Assembly: GCA_010015585.1 (NCBI GenBank)
Contig: ML975181.1
Direction: 5' to 3' (one strand)
Origin: Eremomyces bilateralis CBS 781.70
Lineage: Eukaryota
Length of the DNA stretch: 64,000 nucleotides
The position numbers and the translations under genes are program-made. The notes beneath the pieces were generated by a model. It made no database searches and had not been told where the DNA came from. It saw nothing but the letters and a program-made list of their open reading frames with translations. Every line of letters begins with the position of its first letter. Positions within the stretch are counted from its first letter, which is position 1. Positions 1 through 11,747 of this stretch are shown here, piece after piece.

Positions 1-190
1 ATTCTGAATTTCTTGACGACGCAGCAATTCAAAGAGCAAAGTCAGCACACAGCTTAAGCATGGTAATGCAATACGTATCATTCGTTGTAAGGTCCTATGC
101 CGTTCGACCCTCCTATTTCCCCAAGCCAGCTATTCTAAGTTTAAAAGTGTAGAAGCCGCGAGATATCCCAGGCTTTCTCGCAGCCTATTC

Positions 191-440
191 AATCCCAAAT
201 ATTTACGCGCTCGGGCAAGTCAACTAACATAACGTCGTCATCGCCTGTCTACCTGAGGGCCTTACTAAGACCAGCTTAGCAGCGATAGTCGCCGTCCGGA
301 TGAAGTCAGCATTCACGTCAATCCGGTTTGGCTTGATAGTAGGCATCGGAGAAGGCGTTCCAAGTAAGGAGGTAGATAATAGGGCTCGGCGATGTGGGAT
401 TAGTTAGTAAACCGCAAAAGCGCAAGGCGGGGTCGTACGA
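191..440 (+). pseudogene. Degenerate PNP_UDP (purine/uridine nucleoside phosphorylase) domain fragment, of the type found at the N-terminus of fungal NLR-like proteins
   Basis: Reading from 201 gives IYALGQVN*HNVVIACLPEGLTKTSLAAIVAVRMKSAFTSIRFGLIVGIGEGVPSKEVDNR, then a frameshift to LGDV. This matches the fungal PNP_UDP pattern (YTLG..G.HNVVIACLP.G..G..SAA.VA..M...F..IRFGLMVGIGGGVP....DIRLGDVVV). In-frame stop, frameshift and truncation at ~440. Confidence 0.8.
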
Positions 441-1304
441 CGTGCTCTCTATTAATAGCTAATTACAGCGCACGACTGGTAGTCCCCACTTCTCAGTTTA
501 ACAACGATCCCTGCCGCTGCCAGCTGCAAGCGCCTATTAGGGAGTATGTGTCAGAGATCAGAGAGAGAGAGAAAGACATACGCCCGTCAGGCCTCTCTGC
601 GAGGCCCATGTGGGGAACTACCTAGGCTGACTAATTACATGCGTTAGTGCCTTGTGGCCTTGTGCCCCATTTTTCTATCTTCCTTCTTCTAACCTCTAAG
701 TTAGGTCAGCTGATAGCTCAACCGCCCACCTGTTGGATCGAAACGTGTCTTATTAAGAAACTTAACAAATGAGAGTATTATATACAGAGTATCAATCACG
801 TGCCTCATAACCTCCGATGTTCTCCCGGCTTTGGTTTACCTCAGCAAGCTCAGGCTATTTCTCAGGGGAGTCTAACCTTTTTTGTAAAAGGTCACGTTAC
901 TTTAACTACTCCTCTGGTAAATAGCCTGAGGATTCTGTCAATGACGCGCACTGCTCTGCATAAATTTTGTATGTGGTTTGTATGTATCTCTGCGGATTTG
1001 ACAAAATCACGATCCATTAATAACCACATCAAAACACGTCGTATGTACTCCAAAATCTGATCGATTGTGTATTAAAGTATTCTCTATCTCGTAATTGATT
1101 TTTTTTTACATGTCCATGCTTGTGTCGGGTGAAAAACGCTAATATGTGATGAACTAGACCACACCGAAATCACCATCCAGCCATCGTTCCGGAGCTTACG
1201 GTCGAATGAGCCTGGAAAACACCCATTGGATGTCATATAACGCCTTTCTCGGTCGGTATTCACACGAATATCTATTATTGAACACATTTTGTGTTCATAT
1301 TTCC

Positions 1305-1680
1305 CATGCGAAGCAAGGCGAGCGTTCGAAACGGGCGACGAGAGACTGTGGACATCGCCAGAGATCTCGTCCACGATGCCTATAGCACTACGAGTATGCT
1401 AGCTATACAGCGGCTGGTCGAAATTGCAAGAGACGTGCCCGAGGAAGTGCAGAAGGTCATCATCCGAGCAGGCCTAGACCGCCATCTCTACCCATTCGAG
1501 CCTCGTTAGAAGCAGGTAGATGTTATATGGCATTTAGTATTCAAGTAGGAGGACCTTCCTCTTGTAGCGAAGATATCTTTTGGTAAAAGTGTCATATTCC
1601 AGGTAACGCTATTGCTTTGTCGCGGTGGCATCGGCTTCATCCTTATCCCTTTGGATCGAATTAGACAGGAGTATATCGAC
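1305..1680 (+). pseudogene. RecQ-like superfamily-2 helicase N-terminal remnant inside the transposon
   Basis: Frame of ORF 1291-1509 continues through stops as HLYPFEPR*KQVDVIWHLVFK*EDLPLVAKISFGKSVIFQ...GGIGFILIPLDRI, i.e. Q-motif, Walker A (AKTxFGKS-like) and motif Ia of RecQ-type helicases. Truncated near 1680. Confidence 0.75.
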
Positions 1681-1744
1681 GGACCGTCCCCTAGTTATAA
1701 TCGGTCGACGTCTATATACTAAGAGGCGATAAGGATGCCTTTGT

Positions 1745-2559
1745 TTATTCTGTCACGGTTTCGAGATATCTGTGGGCCCTCTTGTAGCCTTTATAAACCC
1801 CAAGCTGGTGAAGAATATCGAGGACACGCCGTTTCACACCATTTGAATGCAGAAAGGCGTCAAATACGCGGGGAAACCTATTGCTCCCTTCCGACCCCCG
1901 AGAATAGCAGAGAATTAACGTGACTATCGCAATCCTGTGGTTAAACTTAACAGGATCCCGTGGTAGTCGATCTTTTCTCATCTTAGGTGTCATAAGACTA
2001 TTAAGCAATCTACATAGAAGAGGAGCACGAGTGCTAACTTGCTCGTATATCTGCCTAGACAGTATGTCGCCTAGTATACACTCGTAGTCCTCGATTTTCT
2101 AACCCTCTAACTGTTTCCCCCTCCCTACGCCGGTAGGTAAAGTCTTCTCCTAGATGCAGTCGACTTAGTAGGCACTAAACATATCTACGGCTTCTTCTAG
2201 TGCCTTCATTTCCTTCCTTAGACCCTTTATAGTGATAGTTCCTGCCGCACTAGACGCGGGATTCTTATTAGTGCGTCTAAGACCTCTGGGCTCTGGCTAA
2301 CCGTAGACAGCCTCAGCGAGCTATTTGGCTCGCGTGACAGAGCACTCTCTATAACCACCCAACCCTTAAGTCGTCGCGTAGATGTAGATAAATTCTCAAA
2401 ATTTAATGCTCTTTTCTTCATGAATTGACATATCTCATTTATTCTCTGTGGCTTACTGCGTCTTTGAGACCCTCTTACTTTCTGATGTGGTGCATTAGAT
2501 GTGTTTGACGCAGCACTATGCTGAGGACTTGGAGCAAGTAGCAAAGTGGGCGAGTTCAA
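1745..2559 (-). pseudogene. Transposase-like (DUF6589/Academ-type) N-terminal remnant inside the transposon
   Basis: Fragments incl. IAIVTLILCYSRGSEGSNRFPRVFDAFLHSNGVKRRVLDILHQLGVYKGY resemble the N-proximal region of fungal DUF6589-type proteins. Multiple stops and TA-rich RIP-like decay. Convergent with the helicase remnant. Confidence 0.55.
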
Positions 2560-3773
2560 CCGCGCGCTCTGACGACGCTGGTTTCAGGCCGACACGACCC
2601 AAAATTCAATCAATTATGGAGAAAAAGCAGGGGAATCGAATGGTTATATTTAATTGACGGAGCACAGTGTGGTAGTGGAAGAAAATGGAGTTAAAAATGG
2701 TCTTCCATTTGGTATGAAAGCTCTCCACACACACCCAAAACCCATTGACAGAATCCTCAGGCTATTTGTTCGAGGAGTGCATGTGACTTACCGATTAGGT
2801 ATAGTCCCACTCCGGTGCCTTGGCACGACCACAAATAGCCTGAGCTTGCTGAGGTAAGCTTTGGTCTAACAGTGACATGTACTACAGATCACCTGACATC
2901 AGATACCGCTGTTTTCTCAGGGGTTATCAGATTGAACAGCTGTTGCCCTGGACCGCCGATTGTGTCTTCAAGCATATCCATTTCCTCCACCCGTGTCTAT
3001 CATCGTGATAGCCCTGGTACAGTGCTCGAAACTGATGAAGGAAAACCTCGCAATGTCTGACAACTTCCCATGATGCAATATTTTCCCACTACGTTAACAG
3101 TTTTATGAAGCGACGTAATACCAGCAGGCAGCATCTCCTCGCCTTCTAGTGCATGCCTCCATGCTTTTCCTTTATCCCTTGAAATGCAATTCTAGGTACG
3201 CCTTTCTATTTTTGACATCGTGTTCCTATTCGAGCTGCAGGGGAGAGGAAATTCGCCGATCAACGTACCTTGAAGCGTTCAAATACCATATGCCTGCGCC
3301 TCAACCTTTGACCCCACGTTCTGCGACTCCCCTGGCACCACCTCGCTTCTCTATACCAACATGTTTCAAGAACTCACGTTATACGAACCGGTGGGAAGAT
3401 TGGCGTTGAAGAGCCTGAGAAGAAATGTTTCAAATGAGGAAATCGGGATTGAATTTAAGTGGACGGGTTTTTGAAACGATGACACGAGGCGGTCTTGGAC
3501 GTGGGTGTATGGATGATTGAACCTTTTACGAGCGAGGATCGTATGAATGGCACTGAGATGGTAATTGCGAATAGACGATGCTTGATTCCGATACCACCGT
3601 CGGCTCTATGATCGGGGAATAATAGATTCCGATAGCCAGGGAGGTACAGTATATAACCCCCTTCTCATTCCCAAAGTCATTGTTCGTCTTCTCTATTCAA
3701 CCTCCTAAAGTCCTTTGGATATCAAGTCCTCTCAATCGACCCCCTTCGCCCTCCAAGTCATCAACCTCCCCCA

Positions 3774-4475
3774 ATGCTTCGCCCCCTCTTCCTCACCCTC
3801 CTCCTCTCTTCCCTTCTCACCTCCACATCCTCTTCCCCTACGCCCGCTCCTCTTCAGCGCCGCCACTCCGACTACACATCCCACTCAGAACCCAGCATCT
3901 CCGGCTCCTATGCCTCGGCCATCAGCGCCGCTCAACCCAGCGAACCCCCATCGTTACCTACCGAAGACACCCCCGACCTCCCCACCGTGACGGGAGGCTC
4001 GGAAATCCCGACTGACTTAGGGGACTCTGAGACCCCAACCGTGACTGGACAGTCCGAACCCCTCAACAGCCCGAATGACTCGGAGGTCCCAAGCATACCG
4101 AGCAACTCGACCTCAAGCGCGACGGACGATCTAGTAACTCCAAGTGTGACCTCCGACCCCGAGCTCCCCATTAGCGCGCCACCCAGCAGCGCCGCATCGT
4201 CGGGACGCTGCACGCCATCACGCACGCGAAAGACACCGAAGCCGACGCGGACGCGGAAGCCAACCAGGACGGGGAAACCAGGGACGACGCCAAAACCAAC
4301 CAAGACGCCGAAGCTGAGCAGGGCAGTGAAGCCGACTAAGACGCCCACTCGACGACCAGAACGCCCCGAGCCGACGAGGCCAGCGAAGCTCGGGAAGAAA
4401 TGTGTGCCGCCAGATATGAAGGATGGGTGGAGGATGCGGATTGGGATGTGTTTTGGAGGTGGGTGGAATGTATGA
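3774..4475 (+). CDS. Secreted Ser/Thr/Pro-rich (mucin-like) protein with P-T-[RK]-[TP] repeats
   Basis: Intronless 233-aa ORF. Hydrophobic signal peptide (MLRPLFLTLLLSSLLTSTSS), LQRR Kex2-like site, S/T/P-rich body, basic PTRT/PTKT repeats. TATA-like TATATAA at ~3650. Confidence 0.7.
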   Translation: MLRPLFLTLLLSSLLTSTSSSPTPAPLQRRHSDYTSHSEPSISGSYASAISAAQPSEPPSLPTEDTPDLPTVTGGSEIPTDLGDSETPTVTGQSEPLNSPNDSEVPSIPSNSTSSATDDLVTPSVTSDPELPISAPPSSAASSGRCTPSRTRKTPKPTRTRKPTRTGKPGTTPKPTKTPKLSRAVKPTKTPTRRPERPEPTRPAKLGKKCVPPDMKDGWRMRIGMCFGGGWNV

Positions 4476-5123
4476 ATGAGCGGGAGCGGGGTTAAGGGGA
4501 TGCTGGGGTTCTGGATGGTGCTGTGGATATGAGGGATTGGGGGGAGGTAGTTGACTTGGGGGGAAGATAGGATATTGGTCGCGATGGGTTTGTAGGTGAG
4601 GTTATGGGATGAATGCTAGATGGTCTTCGGCTTCAAGCTACGATTGCTCCCAGAGATCAAGGCAGGTATCTGGAATCTTACCATGCTTCCCTGCTGTAGT
4701 CAATGGCCTTACAGGGTCATTTTCAAGGAAGGCGGTATCCCTTACCTGTTAAGAAGTAGCGCTGCGAATTGTTCGAAATATTCCCTTTCAAAAGCCCCCA
4801 ACGAACATGAAATCTACAAGAACTCCAAGTCCCAACAGGTATCCAACCATCCTTTTGACCTAAATCCATATCACCCCTTCTAATCCCTAAACTTGTAATT
4901 TATGTACTGCTGTTGCTGTTTTGATACCACTCCCAGCATGCAAGTGGACCCCTTCCTCTCCCCCTGCAACTCCAGCCACACCTCCACCACCTCACCCTCC
5001 CTCACCCCCCACTCCTCCACCTACCGCCGCGTCCTCAGCACCTCCGCCTCCGCACACCCCAGCGAATCCCTCATCCCCTCCGAGCAAACCGATGACGACG
5101 CGTACGATGCCTCACACCTAACC

Positions 5124-6462
5124 ATGGCCTCCGATCCCGCAGTCCCCAGTCTCCCCCGCCGCGTCACGTCCGCGTTGACCGTCGCGCTGGGCGGGCTGGT
5201 CACGCGGACGTTTCTGCACGGGATGAATCGCGTGGAGACGGAAGGGCGGGAGGGGTTTTTGGCGGTGTTGGATGGGCGGAAGGATGTGGGGGGGAGGGAG
5301 AGGGGTTTGTTGACTGGTGAGTGCATGGCTGCAGTTACGCGTTTTTTTGTTTTGCAAAGTGCTGTTTTCTGGGGCTGGAGGCTGATTTGTTGAAGTGTCG
5401 AATCATATCTCGGTGTATGTGTTGCTGCGATCCTGCGACGAGTGAATCGGGTGATGGACGGAAAGCTGACGGCATTGAAGCATCGATGATCCGTTGATGT
5501 GGGCGGTGATCCCGCAACGATATTTCATGAACCGGCAGAGCGTGCGATGGACGCTCGGGAGCCACGATATCTGCTTCCAGACAGCGTACGTCCCGCCTCC
5601 ACTGGACGATGGACAACTATCTAACCACGGTATCTGACTACAGACTCGGCACCCAATTCTTCCTCGCCAGCCAAGTCCTCCCCACCCACCGCCTCGCCTA
5701 CTCTCCCTACGGCGGCCCCTTCCAACCCACCATGACCCAAGCCATCCGCCTCCTCTCCGCCGGTCCCTTCACCTCGCCGACGCCGGTCCACCCGTCCATC
5801 TCCGCCGCCACCACCACCGAAACCTCCGAGCCCCTCGACCCGTTTTCCTCACCTAACGACACCATCTCCTACACCTACTCCACCACGCCTACCGACCTCA
5901 TCCCCGCGCCCTCCGCCTACGCCGCGAACCGGCACGCCTGGCTGCACGTGTTCCCGGAAGGACGCATCCACCAACACCCGGACCGGGCGCTCCGCTACTT
6001 CAAATGGGGCGTGGCGCGGCTAATTCTCGAGTCGGAGCCGTGTCCGGACGTGGTGCCCATTTTCGTGGAGGGGTTCGAGGCAGTGATGCCGGAGGGGCGG
6101 GGATGGCCGCGGTGGATGCCGCGGGGGGGGAAGAAGTTGCGGGTGGTGTTTGGGGAGCGGGTGCCGGTGGGGCGGTGGGAGGNNNNNNNNNNNNNNNNNN
6201 NNNNNNNNNNNNNNNNNNNNNNNNNNNNNNNNNNNNNNNNNNNNNNNNNNNNNNNNNNNNNNNNNNNNNNNNNNNNNNNNNNNNNNNNNNNNNNNNNNNN
6301 NNNNNNNNNNNNNNNNNNNNNNNNNNNNNNNNNNNNNNNNNNNNNNNNNNNNNNNNNNNNNNNNNNNNNNNNNNNNNNNNNNNNNNNNNNNNNNNNNNNN
6401 NNGTGGAGGGGGGGAAGAGGGAGGGGCGGATGGATGATGATAGTTGGGTTGGGAGGACGTGA
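5124..6462 (+). CDS. TAZ1: Tafazzin (cardiolipin transacylase), multi-exon, interrupted by an assembly gap
   Basis: Spliced motifs RERGLLT|VSNHISV|IDDPLMW (acyltransferase NHx4D), WTLGSHDICF, VFPEGRIHQ, YFKWGVARLILE, and C-terminal EGRMDDDSWV after the gap. Introns ~5317-5395, 5415-5480, 5586-5643. An in-frame upstream extension to 4902 exists, so the start is uncertain. Confidence 0.92.
6183..6402. other. Assembly gap (220 N) within the G-rich 3' part of TAZ1
   Basis: Run of N. The reading frame differs on either side, so the true gap length is not 220 (or it hides an intron). Confidence 0.98.
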
Positions 6463-7565
6463 GTCCTGAGATGGTTCCTATCGTGATAGAATATTCCCGG
6501 TTAGCGCAGGCTTTCTCTCCGCATAGACAGACATGTATCAACAACTTTATTCTCTCTTGGAATATTGATGGGTCAGATTAGATCAAGTGGTTTTCCTTTA
6601 CAGGTCGGCATGGAAGGGTTCTTTGAGATGGTTTCATGCGCTGGTGCCGGAACCACAATGAGGGTTCTTGCACCAGACGCGTTCAACCAAGAACCCTTCT
6701 TCGGTTGGTGTATTCGTCATTCCCAAATCCCAATGGTAGGAGAGGTGCATCAAGAAATGGACTGACCTGGTGTAATGAGATGAATGATCCTTCTTCATAA
6801 AATTCCTCTTGAGATGTTGGTTAGTGCTGGCATCAATGTACCTAGGAATTTAATCGCGTTTGTCAACCAGGCATGATTGCGCCTCTCGTACTTCACTCTA
6901 CCATTACGCTATGCAATATCTGATCTCATTGCCATCGATCCGCCATCACATGGCAACCCATAGCTTATCCCAGAACAAAGCCGCCCAAAAACCGCCCAAA
7001 AACCGCATGGTCGCATTTGCGAACGAAGCATGATGCATTTTTCACCGCGTCGAACAAGGGGAGCAACAAAGTGGAGGCAGCAATGGACGGGAGCTGAAGG
7101 CGATGATTGGACAAGGGGACGCGACGACAGCTTTGGCGGATGGGTGGGAAGAAACATAAAGTGACCAACTCCCCGCACCGATGCCTTCCCTAGGTTTGTC
7201 CGTGGATTTTCGTGTTTCGGTGTTCAAGTTCTAGGCTGGATTAAAGCACGTGACTGCGCGTTGAAAGTTGAAATCAGCCACAATAGCTTCAGCCACAGGC
7301 GCGTCTCTCATGCGTTTCCACACTCACGCGCTTTCCAACATTATTTCGAAGCGCACCAAGGAACAACGACACACACAGTACTGAAAACAACAATTGGGTG
7401 TACCCTCATTCCTGAAGATTGAGAGTGGAACCAACCAGAAAAGATCAATTCCTCTCGACCCTCCAATCAATCCATCTCCCACCTATATCTCCAAAGATAT
7501 CTCCAACCGCATCCACCGTACTGGAAACAACCATACCCCCCAACCCCGTCAACCACCCGCAACGC

Positions 7566-8560
7566 ATGGACGAGTACGACAGCACCTACGCCCCCGAATC
7601 CCCCGACCTCTCGGCCGCTCCCATCCCTCACACCCCTACCGCCGCCGTCCATCCCCAACACCAACGCTACCGCGGCTCCGTCTCGCACATCAACCCCCTC
7701 TCCCCGACCACCCCCTTTTCCCCCTCGCTCCCTCTCCAATACTCCCCTTCCCAGCCACAACCACAACTTACCGCCCTGATCTCCACCCACCAGCCGAGTT
7801 ACTTTCCGGCCTACGGTCAGCCGCTCGTGCAGAGCCCCACCGCGTCGCAGCAGGAGAACCCGTATCTGCGCCGCCCCGGAAGCGTGTCGTATCCACCTCA
7901 CCCACAACAACATCAACAACCACAGGTAGACCCTCCGCACGACATGGCGTCCTCAGCCGGCAAGCGCGTGCGGCGACCGAAGGTCGTGGGGCAGGCCGTG
8001 GAGCAGCAGGGGTACTCGCCCGAGGAAGAAGAGGAGACGGGGGAGATGGAGGCGGAGGCGGAGCGGCCGGTGAGCAAGGGGGGGGAGGTGAGAAGGGGGG
8101 ACGGTCCGGCGATGGGGATCGAGGTGAAGACGAAGTTTCCGGTGGCAAGGATTAAGCGGATTATGCAAGCGGATGAGGATGTAGGGAAGGTGAGCCAGGT
8201 GGTGCCGCCGGCTGTGGGTGAGTTCTTGATTTCCATTCCATTCCGATCGTATTCCGATTCTCCGCTATCACCAGTTCCATCCCCGCATGTCACTAATACC
8301 CCCCAGCCAAAGCCCTTGAACTCTTCATGATCGCCCTCGTCACCCACTCCGCCACCGAAGCCAAATCCCGCTCCTCCAAACGCGTCACCGCCCAACACCT
8401 CAAGCAAGCCGTCCTGCACGACGAGAAATTCGACTTCCTCACCGATATCGTGAGCAAGGTGCCCGACGCGCCGCCTCCGACCGCCAAGGACGACAGCGAG
8501 GGCGACGGGAAAAAGAAGCGGGGGGGAAGGAAGAAGAGGAAGGGAAGTGAAGAGCCGTGA
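7566..8560 (+). CDS. BUR6: Negative cofactor 2 alpha subunit (histone fold, Bur6/DRAP1 family)
   Basis: [42 protein letters not shown]...[25 protein letters not shown]. Intron 8218-8306 (GTGAGT..CTAAT..CAG). Long disordered N-terminus typical of Pezizomycotina. Confidence 0.9.
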
Positions 8561-10506
8561 GAGGGGAGGGAGGAAGGAGGGGTTGGGTTTATAGCGTGCA
8601 TGAGGGAGTAATGGGGTGCTTTAAAATGGGGGATATGATGCACTTGTACGATAAAGATAGGAGCATGGATCAAGGCGGATTCGATGGCCTAGGATCCGTG
8701 CATGTCCGCTAAAATTCAGTGGGAGAGTTTATGTTTGACCTGTATGATGGCCCAGATGGGTACCTACCAGCATGTCCCCATGATTATCAAGCATAGCGAT
8801 ATAAGGCATTGATGCACTGGGACTGGACAGCATTGAAGCTTGAATAGATGCCTCATGCCCGTCTACCGTCCGTCGTCTGTCGTCTACCCTGATCGCAATT
8901 CGCATAGATACACCCCTTCACAATATGTCCAGGGCGCTGGGTCCGACCCAAAGTTTGGGAACTTAGCGCCTTGGCTCCCGTCCCCTACTTTTCCCGCCTT
9001 GACTCCAGAGCAACTCAACTGTTGGATCTCACAACTCCCCAGTCACAGCAGCATCGCAAGTCACTGAGTTCAGACGAACGACAATGATGGTCGGATGGTC
9101 GTTAAGACTGAGCATCCATTACCTTGGCGTGCCTGGCTGCCGTCCGCTTCTCATTCACTTGAACACAGGGTTAGATGGACTATGCCGGGCGATCGGCGGG
9201 AGTGGACGGAAGGGAAGAGCTTATAAGGGCCGCAGCTGACGATGGTGGTCCTGAACAGGAGCATTCCGATGGAGAGACTGGGCGATATACCTACGCGAAT
9301 CGTCGCGGCGTGGTATTAGATCGGTTAAGCTGATCAAGAGAAATGACCTCTCCCGCCTCTAGGTGGTGACGGAGGACCGAACTTCTCACCATGGACGAAC
9401 GAGCAAGTTGGGTATTACTCAACAGCAGCACGGATAGTAGGAGGAGTGGTATACTGCTTCGTGAACGTCCAAGCCTACCATGGCCGACTCGCGCGGCAGA
9501 TCGCAGCAAAGGCACCGTTCTGGTTAATAGAGGACAAGATCCTCCAACTGAGCAAAGACGGCTGGCTGAATTCCACGGACCGCAAATCCAAAGTCGGTGC
9601 TACGGTGAAGGCCCCGCGTCAGCGGCGAAGGCATCAACAACCTCTGCGTAGACAACGGATGCAACTCTGGGATGGGGTTGTGGAGGAGGGGTTTCAGTTC
9701 TTGGTGTGTGGGGAGGCAGAATTAAATGATATCCATGAGGGAAGAAATAAGGGTATGGGTAGAGTTCAGTTCGAGGGATTTGGGGTTGGTGAGGACGCTG
9801 TAGGACAATGTGGCGGTCTGGAACATGTCAGAGAATTCAGTGAGGTATTTGGTGTTTATGATCTGTATCCGCGGTTGGGAAGACATGCCTGATGACTTGA
9901 GCACTGAAGGTTAAAGGCAATCCAAAAAAAAGTTAACGACTGGTGGCGGAATCGAATTCTCAACCTGCAAATCTGAAAGGCTGGTTAGGCCCTTTTAAAC
10001 TCGCACGTAGGTTGGTTATACAGCTGGCTCTATTAACTGGTGTACCACATCACCGGCATTTTCGTCGCTGATAATAAATATCTTGGAGGGTTTATATATT
10101 GCATTTCGAAATTCACCTAGGGGAGGGGTGAACATTCACCGGTGCCCCTGAAGCGGAGAAGGTGGTCTCAGTGAGCCCTGGGCATTTACAGAAGACTTAG
10201 ATTTATGAATGAAGAACTGTACATGTTATAGCTCTATGTTGATATAGATATCATAGTTCCAGGCTTCATTTCCGTCGAACTAGGGTTTCAGTGGCACGAC
10301 GACGCCATCACTGTCAAATGGACACCATGACAGATACAGTGAATAGTTGTCTTTTCCGGACCCTCTCATCGTAACCTATATGCTTGGATATAAATAGAAT
10401 GGCTCAACTTGCAACAAAAATCGACAATGGGATATCTGTTCGCAAATGCTCGAGGTGCAGTTTCCAACAACCAGATAACGCCGCCCATATCAAAGAACCT
10501 AACTAC

Positions 10507-11747
10507 TCACGACGGCTGCCTCGGCCTACCACTCCCCGCCATAACCCACACACTCCCCTGATTCGCTTCCGCGCCCGGCGCCTCCACCGGCCTTAGATCG
10601 TTCCCCGACCTCCGCCCCTGCCGCCACGACACCTGCGTCGGCGCCTCGCTATCCACCGGCGACGGCGTGCGTTCCTGCCCATGGCCCACCGGCGGCGGCG
10701 CGTACGGATTATTCATGTTCAGATGTGGGCCGGGCGTCGGAAAGTTCAGCGTCGATAGCTGAGTCGTCGTGTGCGCGCGATCGGGTTCGTTGGTCGGGAC
10801 GGGGTCCTCGAAGGGTTGGGAGTCCGGGGCAATGTCGCCGGGAGGGGGAGGGTAGGCGCCTTGGGTCACGGTTGACCTGGAGGGTCCGATACCGTTAATG
10901 TCGCCGTTTGCGGCGGGCTGCCATTGTTTGGTACGCGAAAGCTCGAGTTCTTCCTTGGGGTTGGGTCGGTGTTTGTGGTGCCACCAGATGTATATTATCA
11001 CGCATATGATGATGATGAGCACTGGGATGCCGGCACCTAATCCAGCCTTGAATCCAGTGCTACTCGTCACTGGGACTGGAGCGGCCGTCAGTGTCGATGT
11101 GGAAGTGGCAGAGGCAGACTGGGGCATTGCTGTAAGCGAAGAGCTCGAATGGGAGGAGGAGGGGGGTGTTACATTGTGTTTGGAAGTGGGTGATGGCCCT
11201 GGGACGAGGGCCGTTGTAGTGTGCTCCAACTCCGCGTACCCGATGATGGTCACAGGATCTCCGCTTGGAACGGAGAAGACTCCTTTGCCTTCGCGGCAGT
11301 TGCAATTCCCATTCCGAACGTCGGCACCACAGCAGAAAGTATTGCTTCCACACGCTGCGATGTCGCCGAGGTTGTCGTCTCGTGGATTATCTGTCCCGGT
11401 CAGTCTATATCCTTAAGATAAGGGGGGTGAGACATACTCAAGCAAAAGTCGCCGCATATGAGCTCATCCCACGCAGGATTGGTACAGCCGGGTCTTAAAG
11501 ACGTCCCGACCGGCGATGTGGAGTTGATGACGTCCGGATGTGTCGCGACGCAAAGCTGGTTTGAGAAGCAGGTGTATCCTGTCGGACAGCAGGCTGTGGT
11601 CGGGGCATAAGGGTCGCACGGGAGATAGTCGCGAGCCCATGCTCCTCCCGGAAAATAACACTCGCCATCAGCATTGACTTGGTTGAATAAAATGCTCAGA
11701 ATAAAAACTTGAAGACTTAACAATTTCCAATGGTGAAGAAACGCCAT
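10507..11747 (-). CDS. Single-pass type I membrane protein with Cys-rich ectodomain (fungal Mid2-like/uncharacterised family)
   Basis: Signal peptide, CYFPGG...PC...CC...C.SNQLC...GCT...W...C Cys pattern, S/T-rich stalk, TM AGLGAGIPVLIIIICVIIYIWW followed by basic residues. Intron 11391-11437. Confidence 0.8.

Larger units (their letters stand above)
836..2857. mobile_element. Internally deleted, RIP-decayed TIR DNA transposon, AcademH-like (helicase + transposase remnants)
   Basis: Perfect 25-bp terminal inverted repeats (836-860 TTACCTCAGCAAGCTCAGGCTATTT / 2833-2857). A second perfect 25-bp inverted pair at 919-943 / 2743-2767. Direct repeat GCTTTGGT on both flanks (828-835, 2858-2865). 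The interior holds convergent RecQ-like and transposase-like remnants with stops. Confidence 0.8.

Noticed and set aside
545..770. Possible solo LTR (TG...CA-bounded, short GA microsatellite, GGCCTC..GAGGCC hairpin)
   Set aside because: No matching target-site duplication or second copy visible in the window, so boundaries cannot be supported.
8840..9904. Scattered short ORFs on both strands between BUR6 and the membrane-protein gene
   Set aside because: No recognisable motif or consistent spliced model; may be a decayed gene but unsupported.
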